From assembly GCF_024521635.1 (NCBI RefSeq), contig NW_026250406.1:1488001-1552000 (forward strand): a DNA stretch of 64,000 bases, in the 5' to 3' direction. The notes below the pieces were generated by a model. The model was given only the letters and a program-made list of their open reading frames with translations. It ran no database searches and had not been told where the DNA came from. The stretch comes from Tricharina praecox (Eukaryota). Positions 26,310-39,449 of the stretch are shown here, piece after piece. The position numbers were made by a program, and so were the translations under genes. The first letter of the stretch is position 1. The number at the start of each line of letters is the position of its first letter.

Positions 26310-27755
26310 ATGCCACCCCGCGCCTCGAAAGACGTCAGCACACCCAGCAAGACGGACGCATGGAAGTCGCTACTCCGCTTCACCTCGAGCCGTGCGCGCT
26401 CGTTCTACGCGGAGCACATCCGTGCGCTGATTCGCATCTACGGACTGCGCGGGATCGGCGACGAGAATGGCCTCAGACTTCTGCACGATATCCTGTTCAC
26501 TGATCCTACTTGCGTGAAGCATTTCGCACAATTTCAGCACATGTGGGAGCACAGGAATGAGCGTAAAGGCCCGCACTTCGTCTGGTGGAGCGGGTTCCGC
26601 AGGTTCGTCAGTGACTGCTGCGATAAGACGCGCACTGCTGTTAATGCTATCGCCGTCGAGGCACCGGAGACGGAGGGTGAGAACGAGGGAGAGGCGACGA
26701 CGGTGAAGGAGCCCAAGGTGAACTTCTGGAGTCCGGCGGGAGCCAGCGGCACGATTGCGGGAGGCAAACAGTCCGAGGAGCAGGTTCAAGATCCGGTCAA
26801 GCGTGAGGATAGCGAAGCGCCCGAACCCAAGGAGACGAAGCAGAAGTGGTACCCACTCCCTCCGAAGCTCTTGCCGCCGCCGATCCCCGAGAAGGGCGAG
26901 GCGCCCGGGGTCGCTACACACCTCGTCCTCTTCCCCGCCAGCGTCCCCAGCGCACCCATCACTACCGCCATCGACACCCCCTTCATCGCAGTAATCGTCG
27001 ACCCCGACCGCGACGGCCACCGCTCCCGCCACGGCATCCCAGACTGCTACGACCTCTTCGACATTTACGCGCGGCGGGCGCTTTCGTCGCTCCCCTCACT
27101 TAGCATGCAGTGTCTCTTCGACGCCGTGTCCGCGCTCTGCAGCACGCGCCGCGCGCCCCGCGCCTTCTACGGCTGCGTCGTCCAGCCGCTCGAGACCTCC
27201 GGCTCCGGCTCCATCACCGACGACCGCGGGAACATCAACGCCGCCGACGAGGCGCTCGCCCGCAGCGTCGGCGCGACGTATAACTTCTCGTATACCAACG
27301 ATACCACCCTGCTGTGGAACGACAGGACGGTCGGCACGTTCTTTTCCCTCGCTACGTACGCGCCGCTGTGGGTCATCGTCGTTCTGCGACGGGATCCGAT
27401 CGCGGGCCGCGGGGATACCCCTCCAAGGGGAGCGCAGGTCACGTTCACGCCCACGGGCAAGCTCATCGTTGCGCCGGAGCTGCCGCCCGCTCCGCCAGTT
27501 TGGAAGAAGCAGAAGATGTACAGGGATATCGAGCATGTCGGCGAGCGGATCCGCAGGCTGCAACAGGAGTCCAGACGCTTGGAGGAGCAGGCGCAAGAGT
27601 ACGGCTACGACGAGGATTTTTGTTTTCCACACGAGCCGGAGTATGGGCCTGGATTCAGCAAGGAGGAGCATCGCAGACGGAAGAGGCGCAAGATTGAGAG
27701 CAAGGCTGTGGTGGAGGAGCTGTGGGAGCTGAGGAAGGAGGCAGAGGACGAGTAG
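26310..27755 (+). CDS. Hypothetical protein (481 aa from the ATG at 26310), probably nuclear
   Basis: Long single-exon ORF with GC-rich third positions, good start context (caccATG) after a C-rich leader, C-terminal coiled-coil and basic NLS-like RRRKRRK. No recognised domain. Confidence 0.8.
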   Translation: MPPRASKDVSTPSKTDAWKSLLRFTSSRARSFYAEHIRALIRIYGLRGIGDENGLRLLHDILFTDPTCVKHFAQFQHMWEHRNERKGPHFVWWSGFRRFVSDCCDKTRTAVNAIAVEAPETEGENEGEATTVKEPKVNFWSPAGASGTIAGGKQSEEQVQDPVKREDSEAPEPKETKQKWYPLPPKLLPPPIPEKGEAPGVATHLVLFPASVPSAPITTAIDTPFIAVIVDPDRDGHRSRHGIPDCYDLFDIYARRALSSLPSLSMQCLFDAVSALCSTRRAPRAFYGCVVQPLETSGSGSITDDRGNINAADEALARSVGATYNFSYTNDTTLLWNDRTVGTFFSLATYAPLWVIVVLRRDPIAGRGDTPPRGAQVTFTPTGKLIVAPELPPAPPVWKKQKMYRDIEHVGERIRRLQQESRRLEEQAQEYGYDEDFCFPHEPEYGPGFSKEEHRRRKRRKIESKAVVEELWELRKEAEDE

Positions 27756-30306
27756 AAGAGCGGTGGTGCTGGTGGATGGCATGGGCATTGGAGAATTTGA
27801 GATGGAGGGCTGGAGCAGATTACGTCATGGCACTGTTTTACCACGAGTGGAATCTGAGCGAGATCATGCGAAAAGAGAATCTTAGTAGTTGTTTGTACGG
27901 CTTTTACACAGTATCAAGTATCTACATGTGAGCGGCGAGAGTGCAGTGAATCGGTGATTAGTTATACTGGGAAACGTGTGTGCACTGCGGAACTGTGGGA
28001 CAGTGATGTCTTCCCCGCACAATCTGCAAACCAGTTGCCCACCTCCGGTGCCCGGAGATCGCCTGGCGATCATTAAAAGCTTATTTCGACAGCAGGCTTT
28101 TGATTTTTCCACGCGTCAAGGTATGCATAGTTTGGGGACGACTACGGTGAGTCGGGACTCGGCGGGTAGGTGCACGTGCGGTGTAAGTGGGACGGATAAA
28201 TGAGGACGGTGCCAGGCACGGTGGCTGGAGTCGCTTAAGAGACGAGGTTGAAAGAGGGAGGAAATGGGTGAAGCCAGAGAGCAGATAGGCGGCAAGCGAC
28301 GCGGAGAGATGGGGGGGCCAATGCCGTATGCGGGAGGACAAACAGTGAGGTAAACGATTAACTCACTCGAAGCCAAAAATCACAGCGGCATCGAGGTACC
28401 TGTAACCCCAGTCACGGCCAAAGTAAGTAGTGTGGCGATCCCGACTTAGGACGTGCGATTCATTTCTTCGAGAGAGTTGAAAAATGGCAGCGAGTGCGCG
28501 CGATGAATGTGGTTGCATCCAGCCACCGACCAGGTGATGACGTCAGCAGTCCGTATGCACGTGCAAACAACCGACGACCGTAGCCGCGAAGCCACTCTCA
28601 TCGCTATCTAGACCGTCTCCTCTCCACAACTATTTTGCAACCGTCCAGAAGCCTGCCGTATCCGGTGCGGAGGTGCGGAATATTTCCCGACTCCCGAAAA
28701 TCAATCGTGCGCGGGAGATTCAACGTGGCGCAACAATTCAGGCTGATCCTGATTCCTGACGCAGCCGGGAGTATGTCGGAAGAGAGCGGATTGGATTTTG
28801 GGCTTCGCTGTCACCGAGATACCTACTAGTAGTGCACGTACTCTAGATAAGCGAGTCCTGTGATCACCTCACTGGGGGGCCAATTCGAACTGTGTAGACG
28901 GACAGTCGCACCCGCGACCCGACGGGCCGGAGACATGATCCGCCTCTATCCGCCTCTATGGCACGAGATGGCGATGGCGATGGCGATTGTTTCTCTATGT
29001 TGGTGTGAGGAAGGGTGTCTCTCCGTAAATAGGTCAGCGCTGTGGTGAGTCGTGACGTCACGTGTTGTTCGTGGCACGCCTTGGCACTAATTTCCGCGAA
29101 GTACGAGGCGAGGGAGGCGAGGCCAGGCGAGGCAAGGCAAGGGTACGACACATCCGCTGGCAGAGACAGAGAGAGAGATCGTCCATTGACGAAAGCCCCA
29201 GCGACGACATAGAACTACCGATTACAGCGCCAGCCACTACTTCGATATCTATGTCGTTCTTCACCGGCAGCAGGCACGCCGCGCTGCCGGTACGCATCAC
29301 CGGCGACCGCAACCCTATCCCCGCCATGCCAAGCTGCCAACCCACTTCCGCATCACAAAGCTTGGCTTTCCAGACTCCAGCCAAGTTCCAACTATTACTA
29401 GCGTCTCCCCGCTTCTCGCGAGACCCCCGAAGCCACCGAAGCTGGGCCGTGGCCTGTCGTACCGACTACCGAATCGCATTGAGAGACCAGAGTCTGATGT
29501 TCCAGGGGATGCAAGGGGGGCCCGGATCAGAGAGACATCGACCCCACTCAAGTGCCGAAGTGTAATTGAGAGTCGATGCCAAGCGTCGGTCGGTCGGGAT
29601 ACCTGCTTGCTTACGGTAACAAGGAGCGCGGTGCAATAGCGGGTTACCGGCGGAAGCTCACGCTGGGTTGTGGCGAAGAATACGGCCAAGATTTAGGTGA
29701 GTCAAGATATCGTTGCCACTCTTGCAGAAGTCGCAGTCTTTCACTCGCGATTCGGGCTGTTTCTCTGAGCAACAGAACCTCCAACTGAGCCGTTCCTTAC
29801 AGATGCTATTCATGGGCACATCGCATCTGGTCATTAGTTACGCCGGGCTGGGGTGCCCCCTTCCTTCTGCAGCGGCGACACCGCCGTATCCGGCTGCATG
29901 CGGCGCCGAGCTCGTGTGGGCGATTCCGCCCATGCGCCCCGTGCGACGTGAGCGCATATGTACTAAGCCTTGCATATACCCAGCCAGCGAGCCAGCGAGC
30001 CGTCCCGCGGGCCGGTAGTTGGCGGACAATGCAGAGGCGAGTGGAGCAGGCAATATAGAGTACCAGCCTCGTGTTGGATTTGATGCTGCCACTTGACCGC
30101 ACGGAATACGCGTTGGTATTGTGCTGGAATAGCTTGGGAGCCGGCAGAGGGGTATATGTACCCACCGCAGCTCGCAGACGAAGAGGCGGATACCTTCCAC
30201 CTCCTCCACCCTCACCCTCACCAACGCATACCGCACACCTCCCCATCCCCACCACGCACTACCACGCACTCCTCCTCACCCCACCACGCACCCACCACCA
30301 CACACG

Positions 30307-30738
30307 ATGCAATCCCTCCACACACTCCTCCTCCTCATCTCCGCCGTAGCACTCACCCTCGGCGCACCCTCAGCCCGACCTCGAGGCACGATCCTCCCGA
30401 ACGAGTGCACGTCGGGCTGCGCCGCCGCGGTCTCCTGCCTGGCCTCATTCCCCGAATCCTGCCTCTGCTGGAACGCGGCGATCGCACGGTGCGCAAAGCA
30501 GTGCAAGCAGAAGCCGGCGCCGACGCCGGAGAACTGCAGAGTCAAGCCTGCGCCTCCGCCCACAACACCACCGAAAGATTGTTTTGCAGAGTGTCAGGGC
30601 GGACAGGCGTGTGTTCTCATCTGGCCACAGAGCTGCTATTGCCAGAATGGGATTAATCAGAGGTGTGCGGAGATGTGTGGTGTTAAGGGCCCGCCTGCGC
30701 AGGAGTGTCCGCCCCTGGAGGAGCCAGCGGTAGTGTAG
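30307..30738 (+). CDS. Small secreted Cys-rich protein with two 8-Cys repeats
   Basis: Signal peptide MQSLHTLLLLISAVALTLG; two repeats C-x3-C-x5-C-x4-P-x-SC-x-C-x-N-x5-CA-x2-C...C joined by a Pro-rich linker. Confidence 0.85.
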   Translation: MQSLHTLLLLISAVALTLGAPSARPRGTILPNECTSGCAAAVSCLASFPESCLCWNAAIARCAKQCKQKPAPTPENCRVKPAPPPTTPPKDCFAECQGGQACVLIWPQSCYCQNGINQRCAEMCGVKGPPAQECPPLEEPAVV

Positions 30739-31026
30739 GTGGGAGATGGTAGACGCGGCGAGGATGCGGGGTCACGGCTGGGCGGGGGGGTATTTTTCTT
30801 CGATTTGTTTTTTTTAATGCGCTTTTTCAGGGGTGATGTCGACGTCGATGTCCCTCGGTATCCACTGTACTGGAAGTCTGGGGAAGTCTGCGGTGATTGG
30901 ATTGTGCTGCGGATGTGGTCGGAACTGTGGGGTTACCGGGATATGGTCATTGGTCATTGGTGTATGTACGACAGTATGAGTACGAGTAGCAATCAAGAAT
31001 GCTTGGCATTATCGCCTCGGAGCTGT

Positions 31027-31199
31027 GGTGGTTTTGATGGTTTTGATGGTTTTGATGGTTTTGATGGTTTTGATGGTTTTGATGGTTTTGATGGTTTTGA
31101 TGGTTTTGATGGTTTTGATGGTTTTGATGGTTTTGATGGTTTTGATGGTTTTGATGGTTTTGATGGTTTTGATGGTTTTGATGGTTTTGATGGTTTTGA
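31027..31199. repeat. (GATGGTTTT)n minisatellite
   Basis: About 19 tandem 9-nt units, nearly perfect. Confidence 0.97.
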
Positions 31200-32149
31200 A
31201 CATATTGGCTCTCATCGTGAAATAAGGTTCGCTGCTGCAACTCGGCCTCGGTAGAGCTGGTACGGGTGTCGACAGGCCCGGGAGCACGCGGGAGGCGACT
31301 GCTTGACACTGACAGTGCGATGGCAGGCCTGGGGACCAGGGGTGCGCATCGTCACACGGTGCTGTACGACGTAGACAGAGGTAGAATACGAACCGGGTGT
31401 GGACACTGGTCGGAGCTGTGATAAATATAATCCATAACACTGCCCACGATACGGTAACTCCGGCTCTCCGAGTGGTTGAGGAGAATCACGAGAGTTGCGC
31501 GACCTGATCTAAGACCGGAGGTGCCGGCTGCCATCATTGGTCGCGCTGTGGAGTGCTACGTAGTACACATGGTCCTCTGCTCGTATTCTGATCGTGACTC
31601 GTCACTCGTGAGCACTGAGCATAGCCACAACGACCACCACGACCATCGGCAATCGTCAGACCTCAAGAAGCGAGAGTTGAGAATCGAGGATCGAGAAGCA
31701 AGCTCATAGAGTCGCGGGGGAGAACGACAACCTCCAGGTCCTAGCGGGGAATCCTCGCATCGCGCACACGAGCACATGACGATGAAAGCTGCCAGCCCCG
31801 GCTCCCGGAAGGGCCGAGGATAGGAATGCCCACCTTCCAGGCTTCGCTTGACTCTGGTGTGCACGCAACGTCGCACGGACTGTCGGACGCACCATGCCTT
31901 GTTTCCTTGGCTGTCACCTGTGCGGCGTGCTGCTTCGCAGCGAACATTCCCTATACGAGCTCAGGAGTCAGAACTGCATGCGCCGGCTGCATCCACAACT
32001 ACGTCGTGTGGAGTCGTTGACGACTTGATTTCTCAGTTGAGGGTATCTTCGTAGTTACTATTGAGCCGCTGCGATACACTGTTAAGTCAACCACCCTTCT
32101 GGAAAGTGTTCATGATTCGTCTTTCATGTACACACGAGTTCGGGACTCG

Positions 32150-32480
32150 GGAGTGCATGCTCTGCGCGGGAGCGGGACCCATCACCGGTTCTCACCCAAC
32201 AGTCACTGGTGCGGCGATAAGAGGGTGAAAAATCTGGTCGGACACGGCGGGTCTGTGGAATATGTTAAATTAGCTGGAGCTCTGTCCTGCTGCATCGTGG
32301 AGATAATTCCTCTTTCATGTACATACCAGGTCGGGTGTGCATGCTCCGCCTACGAGCCGGGACCCATCACCGGTTCTTATCCAACCGTCGCCAGTGCGGC
32401 ACGATGAGAGGAGAAATAACCTGGCCAGACACACGATAAGGGGGTACAATACGTCAAATTGCAGCTGGAGCTTCGCAGAT
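32150..32480. repeat. Diverged tandem duplication (~185-bp period)
   Basis: GGGACCCATCACCGGTTCT..CCAAC..GTGCGGC..GCTGGAGCT occurs twice. Confidence 0.7.
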
Positions 32481-33898
32481 AGTGCATACATGTATCCAGC
32501 TGGAAAAAAAAAGCGCAGCTCTTCACTTTTTTTTGGCACCCGACGAGGAAACTCCGAGTGCTTGCCTATTAATCCACGATGCAACACCATCCTCCATTCT
32601 TCGTACAGACCCAGCCAAGAGCTGAGTGCAATCGGATTATCAGAACCGCCGCGACACCCCTAATGACAAGACGTACAGGACGATGATTCGATCCGCACAC
32701 GGAACCTTCACAGACCGCCCACCCGCGGCCGGCCTTTGAACAAAGTATATACTTCGAAATCACCATTGCTGCCATTGATAGTTATCACCGCTGAGTCGTA
32801 GCCGCCCCCATCTCTCACTACTGATCAAAAACGATAAGGCAAACAAGAGATCAATCGCTGTAACTAGCATGTCGACGATCACCACGGGTTCGCAGCCTCG
32901 CACTCTAGTCATCACACTAACTCAGGTGCTGCCGACGAAAATATCGTAGCCACAATACAAGTACAGTCATTTTCGCATCTCCGCCTTCATTTATCCGCCT
33001 TGACTCACCTATCCGACGTGCGAGCATCACCGACTCGCACTCAGGACCTCCGGTTCTACCGGTTCTTCCAGTCCTTCCAGTCCTTACAGATCCGCATTCA
33101 ATCCTGGGTGGTCGGCCGTCGCGTGACCTGTCGCATCCACCAAGAGTCCACCAAGAGTCCACCAAGTCCAACGAGTCGATCGATCAAGAACCAAGAGTCG
33201 ATACCGAACCTCTCTGGGGCCGGGTCACTCTGCGACCGGCCTTAGCTCCCATCACATACGTTCCGGCATTCGCCACCCGTCTTCGGCCCGTAGTCCTACG
33301 ACTGACTCCCAAGATCCCGGAAATCAAGTACTCTACCTTGAATACGGGTATTCTCCCATAGCACGTTTCACCTAGACAACGCATGGTAGATAGCGATCCC
33401 TGCCGGCTATCTGGGGTATGCAGTTCGTATCATAGAGTGGGTGTTACCGGGCTGCTGGAGTTGGAGGGATATATAGGTATCCTGTAGGCATCACCGGAGG
33501 TGCAGCTGGCTGGGGATGTCAGGCGGTGTGTCATTATGTCTGCAGTGGTTGGGTGATGGTTCATGGTCCTCGAGCACCGCTGTGCGCAGTCCTGCTCATC
33601 CACCCGCAGCCTCCGGTGCTTCCGTCTATATCCATGGGTGCGTTGCGTGGGATGACCATGATGGTCAAAATTTCCGTATCCGGGTGTGCCGACTGTCTGC
33701 AAGCTGCAGCCTGTACCAGCTATTTTCACGGGTTTCGCAGGACCAGCTGTTTTCGCGGGTTTCGCAGGTTTCGCGCGTGGGAAAATTCCAGCAGCAAAAT
33801 CGCTCTGTACAATGTACATCACGTTTACATTTCTATGTACTACTTCTCTCCCCGTTAATTATACTCCCGGTCATCCACCCACCGTGCTGCTGGTACGA

Positions 33899-34968
33899 TC
33901 AGAAGAATGTCCTGCCCTTGCGACGAGCGTACTGCTGGGAACCCCGCGCATTGCACGAAGCCACAGTAGGAGTGGTGGTGGCAGTCCGAGCGACCGTAGA
34001 AACCGCAGTCCTAAACGTTACCAAAGTAGACGCCGGCACCGCCGGGACCTGGAAATCATCCGCCTTCTCTACCTCCTCCGCCTGCGTAGCGTTCCTCCCA
34101 TCCTCCCAAATATCCGTCTGCGCGCCATCGGCGAATCCATACAACGGCTCAGCATACGTTGGCGCATAATGGCCGGGCTCGAACATATTCATCCCCTCCC
34201 TATTCATCCAATACATCGGCTGTTTTGCGCCAGTCATACATCCCTCCGTCGCATTATTCTCACACTTCCACGGTGCCGCCGGCCTCCCCAGCTTCCTTGT
34301 ATTCGTCGCGCCGGTAACATTGCACACGAAGGGCGTCATGTACATCTGGTCCGTCCCGCCTGCGCTGGCGTGAATCCAGAACCAGGCGCACATGCAGCGG
34401 TTGTTGGGGCACGCGGGGAGGTCGGGGACGGCGAAGGTTTCTAGCTGGCGCGCCGGAGAGTCGTACTTTACCGAGAAGACGACGAAGTCCGCCGGCATGA
34501 CAGTGTGGGAAGTGGATTTGTACGCGATTGCGAGTGCGGACCCCGCGACATCAAGGCGGGAAGGCGCGTGCATGTTGCCCCAGCCGTTGGTGTTGGTCCA
34601 TGGGTTCGGTGCTGCGGGGGTGGGTTAGCAGGGGAGAGGGTGCGGGAGGAAGGGAGGGAGGTACCTTCGCGAGGGTTCTCGTCGTACCAGCCGTGTCCGA
34701 GCGGTGTGTGGCCCTTGTTCGAGGAGATCATCACGTCGACAGTGGAGTTGGGCTTCAGCTCGAAGACTTCGCCGTCTGCGGGCGGTAGGTCGAGCGCGCC
34801 GTGCCACCACCACTGGTTGAAGGTGTAGTCCTGAAGCGGCTGCGAGGCGTTGTCGCTGTTGATGTTGGTGGGGTCCAGCCCGAACATGGATGTGCTCCAC
34901 ATCGAGAGGTGCCCGTTCACGCCGGCGAGTAACGGGAGCGATGTGATGATGGTGCGAAGGATGGTCAT
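33899..34968 (-). CDS. AA14-family lytic polysaccharide monooxygenase (338 aa; exons 34968-34665, 34611-33899)
   Basis: Signal peptide ending VNG then N-terminal His (HLSMWSTSMFG); PLQDYTFNQWWWHG.LD.PP; second His in GNMH; ALAIAY; DFVVFSV; C.CAWFWIH; QMYM (axial Tyr). One 53-nt GT-AG intron restores the frame. Confidence 0.9.
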
Positions 34969-35994
34969 TTCGAAGGAGCGAGTGAGTGAATGAATGAGAG
35001 AATGAAGGAAAAATGAATGAGTGTAAAGTAACCGAAGTATCGCGCGATAAGAGAGTGTGGTCCGGTCCAGCAGAGCGTAGAGAGCGAATGTCGAGCAATA
35101 TCCCCCCCTCATATCGACGGTCAGAATATGCTTAAATACCTCGCCCAATAAATCGACCAATCTCTCCATTCTCCGAGCTCCGGACGATTGATTTCTTCTT
35201 CGTAGATTAGTTGCTCCTCTCCGCTCCGCTGGTGCATCAGCTCACTAGTAACAGCGATCGTCTCACAGTCCTGGTAATCTCATGATGTCGGCACCGAGAT
35301 ATGCATGTCGCCTACCTTCATAATAACTTGTTTCACCCGACGGTAACTAGCGGAAAGACTGGGCGCGCTCACTTGCCGGGTGCGCATCTTAAGTTGACAA
35401 GGGACAGGAATTTGCGGATCATGCTGTCATCCTCCAATTCTACACGTCTGTAACTTGGAGAACCCGCCGAGAACCCGATCCGAAGTGACACAGCACGAGT
35501 GCAGTGATTGCTACGAGAGCATGGGTGGGGACGGGGATCACTGCGCTGAGACCACCGAGACCACCGAGACCACCGAGACCACCGAGACCATCGAGGCCGC
35601 CGAAGCTACTCCAGCGTTCGATCTCAGGTGAGCACGTGGGCGGCTATGAAACGTCTCGCGGGTGATCTCCGCCCCTCGCCAGAAGCGCCACATGTCAATT
35701 CATAGACGAAGGCTGCGGGTGTGCGGTCAGTGTAGTCAGTTATACCGACCATGGCAATACAAGGGCTCTGCATGGTTCATGTCTACGGTCTCGGTAGCGG
35801 GCTCGGTTCAGCAATGTATCTATTTCCCGTCGCATCACCGCCGCATGCAGCCTTACGGCGAAAGCGGGTCGGGCTGATGGCGCGCGGGGATGAGTGCTCC
35901 ACCATGACTGTCGCGACTCTGCCTATGATATTGTTGTCATGAACGATAGGATAAACAGCGGGGTGTTAATAGCACATTAATACGATCAAGCTAT

Positions 35995-36695
35995 ACAGAC
36001 AGAGTTCGTCATAAACTCTCCGAAACCTCGCATGCGAAGCGCTGGAATCGTCCTGTTTTGTCATAACCACCACTTATTCTGTCACGCAACGACGGGAAGG
36101 GGACATCACTGAGAGTACCACATTCTCAACCAGCCGTCGCGGTCAACCCGAGGCGAAGTGGGAGGCGAACGCTCACATTACAACTCACTCGACTGCCAAT
36201 TCACCACCCGGCACTGTTCGATACCGAATGACGCTTCACTTGATCCAAAACATCACGCAGACTAGGTAGGAGGAAGGAAATTTATCAATTTAACGAAGTA
36301 ATAAGAAAATGCAAGTAATTTGAATACACAGTAAAAAGAAACGATCCACAGTAAAAAGAAACGATACACAGAAAGAAAAAAACCAAAACAATGTTAATGA
36401 GCTGATGCGGTGTAGGTGGCGTTGTGCGGGGTGTTGGCCGCTTCATGGTCGAGATCCATGGCGTCGTTCGGATGAAAGTCGCGAGCGTCGTTTCCGACGG
36501 TCGAACTTTCTCTTGATCGGCATTCTGGGGATGAGGTGCTAAGTTGCGGATGTTTTGGTCGTTGACTTGGGTAGCTGTAGGAATGTTGCTCGCGGGGCGT
36601 CGGGGCGCCAGGGCACGGGCAACCTGAAGGAGTCGAGATCCGGAAGTGAATCCGGATCCGAAGTGCTCCACGGGTAGTACATCCCACTCGGTATA
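35995..36695 (-). repeat. Dispersed repeat C, copy 1 (direct duplicate of ~39450-40195)
   Basis: Co-linear similarity; both minus-strand ORFs share TTPWISTMKRPTPRTTPPTP and LLQVARALAP. Confidence 0.85.
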
Positions 36696-37589
36696 CCGGT
36701 CGAAGCCGGTCTCCCGGGAGCTGACCAGAGAGAGTAAGCACTCGTTCCTGGGTTGGTTCTGGAAGCGCAGCGAAGACCTCTCGTAACCTTTCCATGTCAG
36801 CACGGTCGAGACGCCAGCACCGTGTCGGTGTACGAGGGGAGATCAACGGACCTGGCCTGCATGGCGTGGACGTTGCATTCTCCCGGCGATGTGTGGGGGG
36901 CCACAACATGTGGTCCGCGCAGCGCGGATCTTTGATCTCGCTGTGCGATTATTTTTGCTGCCTGGGCCGGTGGAAGATATTGTGCTTGAGGTGCTGGGAA
37001 AGCCGGCAAAGAAATGGGATGATTGTAGCTATGATGGAGGATATGTCGCAGGTACGAATAACGATACACCGCCAGTACGAAAAAGACTGAATCATAGCTA
37101 ATGAAGTTGATGCGTCGCAGCTACGAAGGAAGATACGTCGTACGTACAAATAAGATGAATCTAAGCTACGAAGGAGGATGTTATAACAATTGAGAAAATG
37201 TCGGCTGCGCTCTGTGAGGAGGATTTGGTGCAATAGAAGGAGTCTATATTAATGAGTTGCTTCTACTTACTGTTCTAAGAATGTTTCTGCAAAATCAGCT
37301 TTGTGTAACCCGACGGACATCAGGGGAATAAAAAGATCCGTTGCGGGCGTGTAGGCGGTCCTGACTCTAGTAACGCTGGAAACGTCCTGGGGCTATTGCA
37401 CAGAGTGAATGCCTAGTCATTTCCAGATATGAACGAACAATGCCCAGTCATTTCCAGATACGAACGACCAATGCCCTGGCTATTTCGTGTGTGATTGGAG
37501 ACACCTATGTGCCTGCGTTACCTCTCGATCCTGCGTGTCCTCTCGTTGGAGTGGTCAACCATCCAGAAACTCCTACTCTTCATGGTGTC

Positions 37590-37845
37590 TTAGTCAAGGG
37601 CGAACGCGGCGAGGCGGCTAGGGAGCACGGCAGGGCCACGGAAGAGTCCAGGGAGCGGAGGCTAGACCGAGGAAGAGTCGAGGGCGCCAGGCGAGGCCGC
37701 GGAAGAGATGTTCGAACAGCTAGTCAAGGAGGGCGTGGCTAGGGAATAGTTGTGGGAACGGGCGAGTCAAGGGCCAGGCAGGGCAAGAGTGTTGGGAACG
37801 GGCCAGTCAAGGGCGAGGCTGGGGAAGAGGTCTGGGAGCGGACGG
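37590..37845. repeat. Degenerate AGTCAAGGGCGA tandem repeat related to 140-630
   Basis: tagtcaagggcga, tagtcaaggag, gagtcaagggcc, ccagtcaagggcgaggctggggaagag. Confidence 0.6.
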
Positions 37846-38000
37846 GGTGTAGATACTACTATTGTTCAGGTAGGCCACATGCTAGCAATAAATAACACTA
37901 AAATCAAACTGATTTCTGCATGTGATGTTTCGCCCAAAAGCGTTCCAACGAACGTTCACCCACCCCAGCTGACGTTGTTCTCAGGTGATATGGTGGCGTG

Positions 38001-39157
38001 TACGGCGGTCGAAAGTGGACAAATAGCCAAACATGTGCATTGTGCATTTGACATTTTGCATTTGACATTTTGCAACGCACCGTTTTGCGACACAGCGCTG
38101 GTCGCCCCACCCCACACCACAACAGAGCGGCCACCAAGACAAAAAGAGAGAGAAAAAGAGATAGCAAAAGAGAGAGGAGAAGAGAAAGAAAAAGAGAAAG
38201 CTTAGGGGAGAGAAAAATAGAGCGGAAAAGAGAGCGGAAAAAAAGAGCGAAAATTGCGAGAGAACGGTAGGTGTTGGCGAGGAGCGGAGTTTGGTGGGGT
38301 GAAGATGGGTTAGGGTTTAGGTGTCACAGAAACTAGGTAGGCCGAATGGATAAAACGGTGCCATCTCCACCATTAACCGTACGTTTTTGTTTGCGAAGCA
38401 TCACCGTCACCACCACCATCACCACCCACACCGCTAGTACTGCTAACACCGCTAGATCTCTTCCTCCGGAAGAATAGACCGGACATGCTGATTGACATAC
38501 GGTGGTGCCCCGCTCACAAGGATGTCCCTGGCAACGAAAAGGCAGACGAATGGGCGAAGCTGGCAGCAGAGGAGCCAGCAGCCGATACTCAGGAGGCGGA
38601 CGCTTTCTGGGAGCGGACGAGCTCTGGGAGCGGGTAGCGGGGAGGCAGGGCGAGCGTTGTCTCCTGTTAGGGATCGGGCTGGCCCCTCCGAGTAGGAGCC
38701 TGCAACCTGTATTATCAGATATCACTCGGAGTCTCAAATTTGATGATATCAACTACTTCTGGGCTCCTTCCAGTGGCGGAGGAAGCTGTGGAGGTGATGG
38801 TGGTGATGACATTGCTTTACCGTATGTCGCATAGTCTCTGCGACATCTAAACCCTAACCCATCTCCACCCCACCAAACTCCGCTCTTCACTGACACCCAC
38901 CGTTCTCCCGCAATTTTCGCTCTCTTTCTCAGCTCTCGTTTCAGCTCTCTTTTCAGCTCTCTTTTTCTCTGTCTTTTGCTCTCTATTTTCCTCCCTCTTT
39001 TTGTCTCGGTGGTCGCTCTGTTGTGGTGTGGGGTGGGGCGACCAGCGCTATGTTGCAAAACGGTGCGTTGCAAGACGGCGCGTAGCAAAATGTCAAATGT
39101 AAAATGTCAAATGCACAACGCACATGTTTGGCTATTTGTCCACTTGCGACCGCCGTA
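38001..39157. mobile_element. Non-autonomous foldback element with ~335-bp terminal inverted repeats and captured internal sequence
   Basis: 38001-38335 is the reverse complement of ~38830-39157; ends TACGGCGGTCG..CGACCGCCGTA; GCGTG flanks both sides; the interior encodes an RNase H fragment. Confidence 0.85.
38491..38580 (+). pseudogene. Fragment of non-LTR (LINE-type) RNase H domain
   Basis: Translates as IDIRWCPAHKDVPGNEKADEWAKLAAEEP, the W.PAH...GNE.AD..AK RNase H signature. Confidence 0.8.
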
Positions 39158-39449
39158 GCGTGGGTCCGTTCACGCTCTCCCAACTTACTTGACCCGCCGA
39201 ACATCGCAAGCTGTATACACGCAGCCGGCTACGTTCATGGTGATTTTTTTTTGTTTAATCATTGATTGCATGCGACCTAACTAGATCGGTGAATTTGTTT
39301 TCCCTGATAGTCGGGGTGCGGGCTAGCGGCGACGGGCGACCCACCATGACTGCTGGTACTTTACCTCCGATACTATGGTCAAAAACGAGCGGCTAAACGG
39401 CGGGTGAGAATCTCGCGTTCAGCTCATTATTCACATGGAGTTATCGTCA

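Noticed and set aside
30739..31440. ORFs with GFD/NHQ/KTI/MVL repeats
   Set aside because: Artefacts of the stop-free 9-nt minisatellite.
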